DNA of 64,000 nucleotides, from positions 206,650-270,649 of the forward strand of contig OZ242012.1 of NCBI GenBank assembly GCA_965204795.1, given 5' to 3'. The translations under genes were made by a program, and so were the position numbers. The notes under the pieces were generated by a model, which was not told where the DNA came from, made no database searches, and was given only the letters and a program-made list of their open reading frames with translations. Below are positions 16,324-26,001 of this stretch, piece by piece. The stretch is from Thermodesulfobacteriota bacterium. Lineage in GTDB: Bacteria > Desulfobacterota_D > UBA1144 > Nemesobacterales > Nemesobacteraceae. The stretch's first letter is position 1. The number at the start of each line of letters is the position of its first letter.

Positions 16324-17613
16324 ATGTCCGACTTCGCGGTGAAGCAAAAACCCTGGGTGTTTCGGGGCGAAACGACTCCCCCGGGGGACAAGTCCGTTTC
16401 CCACAGGGCTGTTCTGCTGGGCGCCCTGGCCGAGGGAAAGACCCGGGTCCGGGGATTTCTCGCGGCGCAGGACACCCTGTCCACCGCCTCGGCCGTGAGA
16501 AGCATGGGCGTCGGGGTCGCGACGGGCCCCGGGGAGGCGGAGATTTCGGGCAACGGTCTTTTCGGACTGCGCGCCCCCCGGGGCGCCATAGACGCCGGAA
16601 ACTCGGGAACCACCGCGAGGCTGCTCGCGGGAATCCTAAGCGCCCAGAACTTCGCTTCCTCGATAACCGGAGACGCGTCCCTGCGCTCGCGTCCCATGTC
16701 CAGAATCACGCTTCCCCTGCGCCGGATGGGCGCCCGCTTTTCGGGAAAGGGCGATTTTCTTCCGCTCGGGATCGAGGGGGCGGACCTCGTGGGAACGACC
16801 TACGCTCCTCCGCAGGCGAGCGCCCAGGTGAAGTCGGCCGTTCTCCTCGCGGGACTCTACGCCGAGGGGGAGACGCGCGTCGTTGAAAAGGTTCCCACCC
16901 GCGACCACACCGAGAGAATGCTCCGCCACTTCGGGGTCGGGGTCGGGGTCCGCGGAAACGAGGTCTCGGTCTCCCGCGCCGCGCCGTTTCGCGCCGCGGA
17001 CGTGGAGGTTCCCTCGGACATTTCCTCCGCCGCGTTCTTCATGGTGGCGGCCGCGATAAATCCCGGCTCCGAGGTGCTTGTGAGAAACGTGGGAGTCAAC
17101 CCGCTTCGCGCGGGCGTGCTCGACGTTCTGCGGGAAATGGGAGCGGACATCTCCGAGGAGAACCGGAGGGAGGTCTGCGGGGAGCCCGTGGCGGATCTGG
17201 TCGCCCGCTACGCGCCGCTTCGCGCGACGCGCGTGGACGGGGATCTGGTGTCCCGGGCAATAGACGAGCTCCCCGCAGTCGCGGTCGCCGCGTGCTTCGC
17301 CGAGGGAGAGACGGTCATAACGGGGGCGGGAGAGCTTCGGGTGAAGGAAAGCGACAGGATAAGCGCGATGGTGGGGGAGCTTCGCGCGCTCGGGGCGGAC
17401 GTCGAGGAGCTTCCGGACGGAATGGCGATAAACGGGGCGGAAGACGTCCGGGGCGGGCGGTGCCGTTCTCTCGGCGACCACAGGGTCTGCATGTCGCTTG
17501 CGGTCGCGGCCACGCGGGCGCGGGAGGAGACGGTCGTCGAGGGCGCGGAGTGCGCGGCCGTTTCGTTTCCCGGGTTTTTCGAGACCTTCTCCGCCCTCGG
17601 AAGCAGGGGATGA
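16324..17613 (+). CDS. aroA: 3-phosphoshikimate 1-carboxyvinyltransferase (EPSP synthase)
   Basis: 429 aa. Motifs LGNSGTTARLL, the active-site context ...RPMSRI... and LRVKESDRI.. are present. The 15664-start track ORF is an artefactual extension. Confidence 0.9.
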   Translation: MSDFAVKQKPWVFRGETTPPGDKSVSHRAVLLGALAEGKTRVRGFLAAQDTLSTASAVRSMGVGVATGPGEAEISGNGLFGLRAPRGAIDAGNSGTTARLLAGILSAQNFASSITGDASLRSRPMSRITLPLRRMGARFSGKGDFLPLGIEGADLVGTTYAPPQASAQVKSAVLLAGLYAEGETRVVEKVPTRDHTERMLRHFGVGVGVRGNEVSVSRAAPFRAADVEVPSDISSAAFFMVAAAINPGSEVLVRNVGVNPLRAGVLDVLREMGADISEENRREVCGEPVADLVARYAPLRATRVDGDLVSRAIDELPAVAVAACFAEGETVITGAGELRVKESDRISAMVGELRALGADVEELPDGMAINGAEDVRGGRCRSLGDHRVCMSLAVAATRAREETVVEGAECAAVSFPGFFETFSALGSRG

Positions 17614-18284
17614 GCGCGGACGACAACATAATCACCATAGACGGGCCCGCGGGAGTGGGCAAAAGCACCGTGTCGCGGCTCGTGGCCGACGCCCTCGGGT
17701 TTTTCTGCCTCGACACGGGAGCCATGTACAGGGCGGTCGCGCTCAAGGCGGCCGCGACGGGAACGGATTTCCGCGACCCCGCGGCGCTGGAGGCGATGCT
17801 TCGGGAGACGACCGTGGGGTTTTCCGAAGCCGGGAGGATTCTTCTCGACTCCCGCGACGTGTCGGGCGCGATAAGGACCGCGGCCGTCTCCTCCCTTTCC
17901 TCCGAGCTCGCGGCGCTCGGAGAAGTGAGGAAGTTTCTCGTCGCGGTACAGAGAAAGATCGGGGAGGGGGGGCGCGTCGTCGCCGAGGGCCGGGACATGG
18001 GAACGCACGTCTTTCCCCGGGCGGCGCACAAGTTCTACATCGACGCGCCGGCCTCCGAGAGGGCGAAAAGGAGATTTCTCCAGGACGCTCCGGCGGGGGC
18101 GGGCGTCGGGGAGATAGAGGCGGGGCTTCGCGAGCGGGACCGCCGCGACGCGCGTCGGGAAAAAAGCCCGCTGCGTCCCGCTCCCGACGCCGTCGTGATA
18201 GACACCGCCCGCCTAGACGCGCGGGGGGTGGCCCGCGAAATACTCGCCCGGACGGGGAACCTCCGCCCCGGGGACGGAAAATAA
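17610..18284 (+). CDS. cmk: cytidylate kinase
   Basis: ATG overlaps the aroA stop (ATGA). P-loop ITIDGPAGVGKST. Conserved aroA-cmk-rpsA arrangement. Confidence 0.9.
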   Translation: MSADDNIITIDGPAGVGKSTVSRLVADALGFFCLDTGAMYRAVALKAAATGTDFRDPAALEAMLRETTVGFSEAGRILLDSRDVSGAIRTAAVSSLSSELAALGEVRKFLVAVQRKIGEGGRVVAEGRDMGTHVFPRAAHKFYIDAPASERAKRRFLQDAPAGAGVGEIEAGLRERDRRDARREKSPLRPAPDAVVIDTARLDARGVAREILARTGNLRPGDGK

Positions 18285-18380
18285 CTTTTCCCCGCCGTCT
18301 CCCGCGCTTTATTTTTGGCGGTTTTCGTGTACTCTCTTGCTTTCAAGCACCCAAAAACTGACACAAGGCGGCCGACCGAC

Positions 18381-20096
18381 ATGATCCAGGAAAACGAAAT
18401 AACCGATTCCGGCGAGAAGAGCTTCGAGGAGCTGCTCGACGAGAGCATGGAGTCGAACTTCAGCGAGCCCGAAAACGGCGAACTCGCCGTGGGAAGGGTG
18501 ATAAGGGTGGATTCCGACTCCGTCTTCATAGACCTCGGGTTCAAGTTCGAGTGCATGGTTCCCCTGGGCCAGTTTCCGATGAAGGACGGGCGCCGCGAGG
18601 TGGAAGTGGGTTCCGAGATAGAGGTGCTGGTCGAGCGGCCCAATCCCAACACGGTCAGGGCGTCGAAGCACAAGGCCGACCAGGTGCGGGAGAAAAGGGC
18701 CATAGGGGAGAAGTTCAGAAACGGGGAGCCCGTGGCGACGAAGATACTCAAGCGCGTCAAGGGCGGCTTTTCCTGCGACATAGGCACCGACACGTCCTTC
18801 AAGGTCTTTCTTCCCGGTTCGCAGGTCGCGCTTCGCCCCATCGGGGATTTCGACCAGATGGTGGGCCGCACCATCGAGACCCGCATAATCCAGAACGACG
18901 ACCACGGGGTGGTGGTGTCGCGAAGGGTCATTCTGGAGGAGGAGAGGGAGGAGAAAAGAAAGCAGACGCTCGCCACCATAGCCGAAGGCCAGACGGTGCC
19001 GGGACGGGTGGTGAAGATAATAGACACGGGGGCGTTCGTCGACATAGGGGGCATGGAGGGCTTCGTTCCCATAGGGGAGATTTCCTGGGGAAGAGTGAGG
19101 CATCCCGGCGACGCGATCAGCGAGGACCAGGAGGTCGAGGTGAAGATCCTCAAGCTCGAGATCGAAAGCGGGAAGATGACCCTCGGCATAAGACAGACCA
19201 CCGAGGACCCGTGGGAAACCGTCGCGCGCAGGTACTCGGCCGGCGCCAGGGTGAGGGGAAAGGCCGTCTTCGCGGCGGATTTCGGCGTGTTCGTGGAGCT
19301 TGAGCCCGGCGTGGAGGGGCTTGTGCACGTAAGCGAGCTTTCCTGGCTCAAGAACTTCCGCCATCCCAAGGAGGTCGTGGAGGCCGGAAGCGAGCTCGAA
19401 GTGGCGGTCCTGGCGGTGAAGCCCAGGGAAAGAAGGATATCTCTCAGTCTCAGGCAGATACAGAAAAATCCCTGGGACGAGTTTCGCGAAACCCATCCCC
19501 CCAACACCAGGATCAAGGGCACGATAAGGAACGTCACCGACATAGGGATTTTCGTCGAGGTCGCTCCCGACATGGTGGGGCTGGTGCGCCCCGAGAACAT
19601 AAGCTGGGAGGGGGACGCAGACGCCCTCGGGACGTTCTCGAGCGCCGACGTCGGAAAAGAGATAGAGGTGGCGATCCTGAACGTCATTCCCAGGCAGAGA
19701 AAGATAGGGCTCGGAATAAAGCAGCTCACGCCGGATCCGTGGAACAAGGTGCTCAGGGAATACAAGGTGAACGAGACCGTCGTCACTTCGACCGTGGAGG
19801 AGATACTCGACGCGGGAGTCACGGTGGTTCTCGGGGACAACGTGCGCGGCTTCTACGGCATCCGCGAGTTCAGGGGCGACGCGGGGGAGCCGGGACACCG
19901 CTCCCTCAAGGTGGGCGACGAGATAAGCGGTCTCGTCACGGGCTTCAACAAGCCCAAGCACCAGGTCAACCTGAGCCGCAGGAGACTCGAGAAGAAGCAG
20001 GAGAAGGAAACCGTGAAGAACTTCGCCTCCTCGGGCGAGGACGGCTCCTTCAAGCTCGGGGACATACTGAACGAAAAACTGAAGGCCCTCGACTAG
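18381..20096 (+). CDS. rpsA: 30S ribosomal protein S1
   Basis: 571 aa with six S1 repeats (e.g. GQTVPGRVVKIIDTGAFVDIGGMEGFVPIGEISW and ARVRGKAVFAADFGVFVELEPGVEGLVHVSELSW). Confidence 0.92.
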   Translation: MIQENEITDSGEKSFEELLDESMESNFSEPENGELAVGRVIRVDSDSVFIDLGFKFECMVPLGQFPMKDGRREVEVGSEIEVLVERPNPNTVRASKHKADQVREKRAIGEKFRNGEPVATKILKRVKGGFSCDIGTDTSFKVFLPGSQVALRPIGDFDQMVGRTIETRIIQNDDHGVVVSRRVILEEEREEKRKQTLATIAEGQTVPGRVVKIIDTGAFVDIGGMEGFVPIGEISWGRVRHPGDAISEDQEVEVKILKLEIESGKMTLGIRQTTEDPWETVARRYSAGARVRGKAVFAADFGVFVELEPGVEGLVHVSELSWLKNFRHPKEVVEAGSELEVAVLAVKPRERRISLSLRQIQKNPWDEFRETHPPNTRIKGTIRNVTDIGIFVEVAPDMVGLVRPENISWEGDADALGTFSSADVGKEIEVAILNVIPRQRKIGLGIKQLTPDPWNKVLREYKVNETVVTSTVEEILDAGVTVVLGDNVRGFYGIREFRGDAGEPGHRSLKVGDEISGLVTGFNKPKHQVNLSRRRLEKKQEKETVKNFASSGEDGSFKLGDILNEKLKALD

Positions 20097-20119
20097 CCCA
20101 GGAGGGGGGAGGCTTCGAC

Positions 20120-21004
20120 CTGAACCGCTTTCTCAAAACCTTTCTCTGCGTGCTCGCCGTGTTCTTCGCCGTCTGCTTCGGGATCGGAATAGGGTTTCTC
20201 GTTTCGGGGGAGAAGGGCGATCTCGGCCGCCCGGGCGTGGCCGTCGTGAACGTCGAGGGAGTCATACTCGACTCCTCCGCCTACCTCGAAAGCCTGAGGC
20301 TCATACGCCGAAACGACTCGGTCAAGGCCGTGGTGGTGAGGATAAACTCCCCCGGCGGGGCGGTGGCGGCCTCCCAGGAGATCTACGAGGAGGTGGAAAG
20401 GCTCGGCGAGCTGCTGCCCGTCGTGGCGAGCATGGGGAACGTCGCCGCTTCGGGAGGCTACTACGTGGCGTGCGCGGCCGACACGATCTACGCGAACCCC
20501 GGGACCGTGACCGGAAGCATAGGAGTCATAGCCCAGTTCGCCAACTACGAGCAGCTGCTCGAGTGGGCGAGGATAGACGTCGAGGTGATAAAGAGCGGAA
20601 AGATGAAGGACATGGGTTCGCCGCTTCGCGAGATGCCCGAGGAGGAGAGGGCGTATCTCCAGGGTCTCATGGACGAGGTTCACGAGCAGTTCAAGGGCGC
20701 GGTCGCCGAGAGCAGGAAGATCGACCGCGCGAAGGTCGAGTCGTTTTCCGACGGAAGGATAGTTACGGGAGCCGCGGCCAGGGAGCTCGGGCTGGTGGAC
20801 GAGACTGGAAACCTCGAGACCGCGGTCGCCGAGGCCAGAAGGCTCGCGGGTCTCGAAGACGACGCGCCCGTGGTCGAGTACCCGAAAAGAAAGCACCCCC
20901 TGCTGGAGCTTCTCTTTCCCGAAGGCTCCGTCGCCCGCGGCATCTTCGCCTCTCCCGTCGGGACGGGCTTCGGACTTTTCTACCTGGCCGGCGTCGCCCC
21001 CTAG
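20120..21004 (+). CDS. sppA: signal peptide peptidase SppA (36K type, S49 family)
   Basis: The N-terminus has a TM helix, then VVVRINSPGGAVAASQEIYEEV...ASMGNVAASGGYYVACAADTIYANPGTVTGSIGV. The start is uncertain: no in-frame ATG or GTG after the AGGAGGGGG RBS at 20100-20108, so CTG at 20120 is assumed. Confidence 0.8.
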   Translation: MNRFLKTFLCVLAVFFAVCFGIGIGFLVSGEKGDLGRPGVAVVNVEGVILDSSAYLESLRLIRRNDSVKAVVVRINSPGGAVAASQEIYEEVERLGELLPVVASMGNVAASGGYYVACAADTIYANPGTVTGSIGVIAQFANYEQLLEWARIDVEVIKSGKMKDMGSPLREMPEEERAYLQGLMDEVHEQFKGAVAESRKIDRAKVESFSDGRIVTGAAARELGLVDETGNLETAVAEARRLAGLEDDAPVVEYPKRKHPLLELLFPEGSVARGIFASPVGTGFGLFYLAGVAP

Positions 21005-21105
21005 GCGGGAGCGCCGCGATTGTCTTTCGCCGCGAAAGCTGATATTCTAGGACGAAACGGCCGGGGCGCGCCGCGACGGCCGCCCGCGACGTTTTCGGAC
21101 TGCCC

Positions 21106-21501
21106 ATGAAGCACGTAAAAAGATTCTTTCTCGTCCTGCTGCTCGTTTTTCTCGCCGTCTTCTACTTTCAGAACAGCGGGGCGGTCGGGGAGATGTTCAC
21201 CAAGGTTTTCCTGTTCAGGCTGGATCTCCTGGTGTTCGACCAGTTCGGCCCCGTGGGCGTCTACAACGCCGGCCTGATGGCCGCCGTGTTCGTTCTCGGC
21301 GCGCTTTCGGTTTTCCTCCTGGGTTTTCTCAGAAAATCTTCGAGCCGCTCGGAGCTCAAACGGAGCAGGGAAACGGTCGGGAAACTCGAGCGCAAGGTCG
21401 AGGAGCTTGAGAAAAGTCTTCTCGAGCAGAAGGTCGAGCGTCTCAGCGAAAAGGCTCCCGAAAGCGGCGGGGGGCGAACCCCCTTTCAGTCTCCGAAATG
21501 A
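21106..21501 (+). CDS. LapA-family (DUF1049) inner-membrane protein with C-terminal coiled coil
   Basis: Two N-terminal hydrophobic helices are followed by RSELKRSRETVGKLERKVEELEKSLLEQKVERL. Confidence 0.65.
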   Translation: MKHVKRFFLVLLLVFLAVFYFQNSGAVGEMFTKVFLFRLDLLVFDQFGPVGVYNAGLMAAVFVLGALSVFLLGFLRKSSSRSELKRSRETVGKLERKVEELEKSLLEQKVERLSEKAPESGGGRTPFQSPK

Positions 21502-22499
21502 GCCGCGCGCTTCGCGAAACGCGCTCCCGCGGCCCGGTCTCCGGTTTCCGCGCGAAGCCCGAATGGATAAGGGCCAGGATTCCGGGCGGGGCCAACTACT
21601 CGAGGCTTCGGGGACTCGTGCGGGAACTCGGCCTCCACACCGTCTGCGAGGAGGCCAGGTGTCCCAACATAGGGGAGTGCTGGGGCGCGGGCACCCTCAC
21701 CTTCATGATTCTCGGGGACGTGTGCACGAGAAGCTGCGGATTCTGCCACGTGAAGACCGGAAGGGGAGGGCCGCTCGACCGGGAGGAGCCCTCGCGGGTG
21801 GCCGAGGCGGTGGCGCGGCTTCGGGAAAGCGACGCGCGCGTCTCCCACGTGGTCGTCACTTCGGTGAACAGGGACGACAGGAACCTTGAAAGCGCCCGCA
21901 TTTTCGCGCGCACGGTGAGGGAGATAAGAAAAACCTCCCCCGGCGTGAACATAGAGGTGCTGATTCCCGACTTCAAGGGCGAGGCGGAAGCGATAGAGCA
22001 GGTGCTGGACTCGGGTCCCGACGTGCTAAACCACAACGTGGAGACCGTGCCGAGACTCTACTCCCTGCCCCAGAAGACTCCCTCGGGCGCGACCAGGTCC
22101 GTGAGGCCGCAGGCGGTATACCGCAGGTCCCTCGACCTGCTTTCGAAGTCGAGGAGGGAAGGACCCGCCGCGATGCTCGTCAAGTCGGGCGTCATGGTAG
22201 GTCTCGGGGAGAACTGCGAGGAGCTTCTCGGGACTCTCGGGGACCTTCGGGACGCGGGCTGCGACATAGTGACCGTGGGACAGTACCTGCAGCCCACCGC
22301 CGACCACATACCGGTGTCGCGGTTCTATCATCCGGTCGAGTTCGAGTCGCTTAAAAGCTACGGAGAGAATATTCTGGGAATTTCTCACGTGGAGTCGGGA
22401 CCGCTGGTGAGAAGCTCCTACCACGCCGAAAGGCAGGTCGGGGAGCTTTCGCGCGCTCCGGCGGAGGCCGTCCGCGAGGCGGCTTCGGCCGTCAGCTGA
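21498..22499 (+). CDS. lipA: lipoyl synthase (radical SAM)
   Basis: Carries the auxiliary-cluster cysteines (CEEARCPNIGEC) and the radical-SAM motif CTRSCGFC. Confidence 0.92.
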   Translation: MSRALRETRSRGPVSGFRAKPEWIRARIPGGANYSRLRGLVRELGLHTVCEEARCPNIGECWGAGTLTFMILGDVCTRSCGFCHVKTGRGGPLDREEPSRVAEAVARLRESDARVSHVVVTSVNRDDRNLESARIFARTVREIRKTSPGVNIEVLIPDFKGEAEAIEQVLDSGPDVLNHNVETVPRLYSLPQKTPSGATRSVRPQAVYRRSLDLLSKSRREGPAAMLVKSGVMVGLGENCEELLGTLGDLRDAGCDIVTVGQYLQPTADHIPVSRFYHPVEFESLKSYGENILGISHVESGPLVRSSYHAERQVGELSRAPAEAVREAASAVS

Positions 22500-23613
22500 G
22501 AAGCTCTGCCAGCTCCTCCGCCAGGGCCTCGAGCTTCTCCCCGGGGATTTCGTATTCCTCCGAAATTCTTCTTGCGTCCTCCCGGGAAATACGCGTCCCC
22601 CGTACCTTCTCCGTCACGGGGTTCAGTCCCCGCCTGTCGAGAACAAGCCTCGCCACGTCCCACCTCGAGTAGTGGCCGAGGGAGTCGAACACGGCCTTCA
22701 CGGCCTTTATCTGGTTGGCCCAGCAGTCCGCGTACAGTATCTCGTCCTTTTCGAAGCTCGGACCGACGAGGTATCTTCCGGCGGGATTCACTATGGAGCT
22801 TCCCCCCGCCGCCCAGTCGTAGTTGATGTGGTCTCCGTCGCGCACCGCGCTCCATCTTTCGGGAAAGTCCTCCGGCCCGAGACATCCGCACGCGCTCAGA
22901 ACGAACGCTCCCGCCTCGAACGCGTGAACCCTCACCAGCGACTGCACGTTGCAACCCGCCCCCAGGTTTTCCGTCTCGGCGGCCAGAAGCTTCTCGTCCC
23001 CCCTTTTCCAGTTTCCGGGCCACACCGCCGCGTGAAAGTCGGCCCCGCTGTAGACCATCGCGGCTCTCACCAGCACCATGTGGTTCTCCCAGCATATGAG
23101 ACCGCCGATTCTTCCTATGTCGGTGTCGTAGGCGACGAGATCGCTTCCGTCCCCCTGGCCCCAGTAGATTCTCTCCGTGTAGGTGGGCACGAGCTTCCTG
23201 TGCCTGCCGAGCACCCCGCCCTCGCGCGATATGAAGAGAAGGGAGTTGTAGACCGTGCGGCTTCCCTCGCGGTCGGAAAGCTCGTTGCACCCCATCACCA
23301 GGTGCAGGTCCGCCGCCCTGGCGGCCTCGCACAGCGCCCCGGTCTCCTCGCCCGGAATCACGATCGAGTTGTCCTGAAGGGCGATCATGAAGTCCGTCCA
23401 CTCGTGGGCGCCCGTTTCGTAACCCACGGTGTAGTAGGCCGGATAGCACGGTATGAACGCCTCGGGAAACACCAGAAGCTCCGCGCCGCCTTCCCCCGCC
23501 TCCCGTATCAGCCCCAGGGCCTTTTCGAGGGTCCTCTCCCTGTCCATGAAGACGGGACTCGCCTGGGCCACGGCGACTCTTACCTTTTCCCTTCCGCCGA
23601 GAACTTTCTTCAT
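22492..23613 (-). CDS. nitrilase / carbon-nitrogen hydrolase superfamily protein
   Basis: Shows the E-K-C catalytic triad contexts: AELLVFPEAFIPCYP, ...RHRKLVP..., and the nucleophile in GGLICWENHM. Start taken at MKKVLGG (23613); the track ORF is longer. Confidence 0.8.
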   Translation of the reverse strand: MKKVLGGREKVRVAVAQASPVFMDRERTLEKALGLIREAGEGGAELLVFPEAFIPCYPAYYTVGYETGAHEWTDFMIALQDNSIVIPGEETGALCEAARAADLHLVMGCNELSDREGSRTVYNSLLFISREGGVLGRHRKLVPTYTERIYWGQGDGSDLVAYDTDIGRIGGLICWENHMVLVRAAMVYSGADFHAAVWPGNWKRGDEKLLAAETENLGAGCNVQSLVRVHAFEAGAFVLSACGCLGPEDFPERWSAVRDGDHINYDWAAGGSSIVNPAGRYLVGPSFEKDEILYADCWANQIKAVKAVFDSLGHYSRWDVARLVLDRRGLNPVTEKVRGTRISREDARRISEEYEIPGEKLEALAEELAELLS

Positions 23614-23633
23614 GAACCCGCCGCCCCGAGCCC

Positions 23634-24038
23634 CTAGGTTATTATCCTGCTTCCGCCCGCCGGCTCGGCGTCGCCTCCCGCCTTGCCCTGGTTCTGCTTG
23701 GCCCTTCTGTAGATGAGCTCGAAGAGCCTCTCCTTGAAGTCGTTGTCGAAGGCGCACACGCTCGGGATTATGTATCCCATGAGCGATATCTGCAGGAAAT
23801 ACTCGGTGTTGGCCTTGAGAAACGACTCGTTTATCTCTCCCCCGTATCCCTGCACGAAGTTCTGGTATATCTGCTTGCCGAGATCCTCGGCTATCTCCAC
23901 CACGCTCTTGGACTGACCGGCGGCCTGGTTGGCCGAAACGCCCAAGTTGAAGGCCATGTTTATGGAGTTCATGAAATTGTCCTCCGCGGCCTGCTCGGTA
24001 GCGCTCTGCTGGTTGGAGTTCTTTTCTTCTTCCGCCAT
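23634..24038 (-). CDS. hypothetical protein (134 aa) in a low-GC pocket
   Basis: The ORF runs MAEEEKNSNQQSATEQAAEDNFMNSINMAFNLGVSANQAAGQSKSV...GGDAEPAGGSRIIT. No recognisable family. Codon usage is more AT-rich than the flanking genes. Confidence 0.45.
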   Translation of the reverse strand: MAEEEKNSNQQSATEQAAEDNFMNSINMAFNLGVSANQAAGQSKSVVEIAEDLGKQIYQNFVQGYGGEINESFLKANTEYFLQISLMGYIIPSVCAFDNDFKERLFELIYRRAKQNQGKAGGDAEPAGGSRIIT

Positions 24039-24137
24039 TGCTGTCTCTCTCCCTTGGATTTTTGTGTGGTTAATTTCTCCCGCCGTATTATATTATATTC
24101 GCACTCTGAGTTTTTAACAATTTCTGGAGGAACATGA

Positions 24138-24611
24138 ATGAAAGCCGACCACCTTATACGCAGACTGGGGCTAAAGAAGCTCCCCGGCGAGGGAGGATAC
24201 TACAAGGAGACGTACAGGAGCAGCGAGACGGCCGGGGGGGAGCGGAACCTCTCCACGGCCATCTACTACCTCGTGACTTCCGAGGCGAACTCGAAGATGC
24301 ACAGGGTGCGTTCGGACGAGATATTCCACTTCTACTTCGGCGACCCGGTCCAGATGCTTCTTCTCTATCCCAGCGGGGAGTCGCGCATAGTGTTCATGGG
24401 CCACGACATGCCCTCCGGGCAGAAAGCGCAGATGGTGGTTCCGAAGGGAACGTGGCAGGGGTGCATGGTGGTGGAGGGGGAGCACGGCTACTCGTTCATG
24501 GGAACGACCATGGCCCCGGGATTCGAGTTCGACGATTTCGAGCTCGGGGCGGCCGAAAGCCTGGTGAGCAGGTTTCCCCAGCACGAGGGCATGATACGGG
24601 AACTTACCTGA
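24138..24611 (+). CDS. cupin-fold protein (Cupin_5 / DUF985 family)
   Basis: LGLKKLPGEGGYYKETYRS...STAIYYLV...HRVRSDEIFHFYFGDP..MLLLYPSGE..IV.MG matches DUF985. Confidence 0.75.
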   Translation: MKADHLIRRLGLKKLPGEGGYYKETYRSSETAGGERNLSTAIYYLVTSEANSKMHRVRSDEIFHFYFGDPVQMLLLYPSGESRIVFMGHDMPSGQKAQMVVPKGTWQGCMVVEGEHGYSFMGTTMAPGFEFDDFELGAAESLVSRFPQHEGMIRELT

Positions 24612-24631
24612 GAGGCGGCGGAGCGTTCGCG

Positions 24632-25051
24632 ATGGAAAGACGGGAAATACCGAAGCTTCCGGGGCCGGTGGTGTTTTTCGACGGCGTGTGCGGGGGCTGC
24701 AGCAGGTTCGTCGATTTCGTGATGGCGGCGGATGCGGACGGGGAGATCATGTTCTCCCCCGCCCAGGGAGAGACGGCGGGGAAGCTCGGTCTTTTCGCGG
24801 GCGAGGACCCGGGGGACTGGGCGATCGCGTACGTCGACGAAAGCGGACTCCGCGAGGGAGCCGACGCCGTTTTCGCCATACTGGCGAGGCTCGGGGGGTT
24901 GTGGAGGATTCCCGCTCTCGCGGCGTACCTGCCGGGACCTCTCAAGGGATTTCTCTACGGAGCGGTCGCGCGAAGCCGCTACCGCGTTTTCGGCAGGAGG
25001 GATTCGTGCCGCTCTCCGACGCCGGGGGAGCGGGAGAGATTTCTGCCCTAG
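24632..25051 (+). CDS. thiol-disulfide oxidoreductase DCC family (DUF393)
   Basis: VVFFDGVCGGCSRFVDFVMAADADGEIMFSPAQGETA carries the DxxCxxC motif of the DCC family. Confidence 0.75.
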   Translation: MERREIPKLPGPVVFFDGVCGGCSRFVDFVMAADADGEIMFSPAQGETAGKLGLFAGEDPGDWAIAYVDESGLREGADAVFAILARLGGLWRIPALAAYLPGPLKGFLYGAVARSRYRVFGRRDSCRSPTPGERERFLP

Positions 25052-25088
25052 CGGACTTTTTCGCGTCCGCGCGCCCGGGATTTCGGAG

Positions 25089-25901
25089 ATGACCGAAGAA
25101 AAGGAAGCTTCCGCCGCGCGCTGGGACCCCGATCGCTACGCCAGGTTCTCCGCCCACCGCCGCCGGGCGGCCGTCGAACTGCTCGCCCGGGTGCCGCCCG
25201 AAGATCCCGGACTCGCGTTCGATCTCGGATGCGGCGCGGGGGACTCGACGCGTCTTGTCGCCCGGCGATGGCCCTCGGCCGTCGTGTGCGGAGTGGACAG
25301 TTCGCCCGACATGCTGGCCCGCGCCCGCTCGCAAGACTCCGCGATCGGGTGGATCGAGGCGGACATAGAAAAGTGGGTCCCGGATTCTCCCCCGGGTCTC
25401 GTCTTCGCCAACGCCTCCCTGCAGTGGGTCGAAGGACACGAAGCGCTGTTTCCGAGACTCATGGGCTTTCTCGCCCCGGGAGGCACTCTCGCGGCGCAGA
25501 TGCCCGTGAGCCGCGACCTTCCCTCTCACGTCGCCATGCGGGAGATTCTCGATTCCGGCGGACCCGGCGGAACTCCCCTCGGTCCGCGGGCGCTTCGCCG
25601 GGAGATCGCGCGGCGGCGGACGCTCGACCCCGCGGACTACTTCGACCTCATCGCGCCTCTTGCGGCTTCGCTCGACGTGTGGGAGACCGAATACATGCAG
25701 GTTCTTCGGGGCGGGGACCCCGTGCTGGAGTGGATGAGCGCGACGGGCCTCCGTCCCGTGCTGAACGGTCTTTTCGGGGACGACCTCTCGCGGTTTCTCG
25801 ACGCCTACCGCCCGGCGCTCCGCTCCGCGTACCCCCGCCGGCGGGACGGTACCACTCTCTATCCCTTCAGAAGACTCTTCATCGTCGCGGTCGGATTCTG
25901 A
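25089..25901 (+). CDS. tam: trans-aconitate 2-methyltransferase
   Basis: WDPDRYARFSAHRRRAAVELLARVP...AFDLGCGAGDSTRLVARRWP...VVCGVDSSPDMLARAR...ANASLQWVEGHEALFPRLMGFLAPGGTLAAQMP...RLFIVAVGF matches E. coli Tam closely along its whole length. Confidence 0.88.
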   Translation: MTEEKEASAARWDPDRYARFSAHRRRAAVELLARVPPEDPGLAFDLGCGAGDSTRLVARRWPSAVVCGVDSSPDMLARARSQDSAIGWIEADIEKWVPDSPPGLVFANASLQWVEGHEALFPRLMGFLAPGGTLAAQMPVSRDLPSHVAMREILDSGGPGGTPLGPRALRREIARRRTLDPADYFDLIAPLAASLDVWETEYMQVLRGGDPVLEWMSATGLRPVLNGLFGDDLSRFLDAYRPALRSAYPRRRDGTTLYPFRRLFIVAVGF

Positions 25902-26001
25902 ATTCTTTTCCGGGTCCGGCCGCGTCGGAGACGGAGCGTTTCTCTTTGATAAAAGTTTCCGCCGGATGTATATTGAAGCGAAAGGAGACCTGCCGCTTTC
26001 C

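Noticed and set aside
18035-19961. 601-aa and 550-aa minus-strand ORFs opposite rpsA, plus 18551-19303(+)
   Set aside because: rpsA (ribosomal S1) is unambiguous in this interval. The others are Ser/Thr/Pro-rich or Arg-rich frame artefacts.
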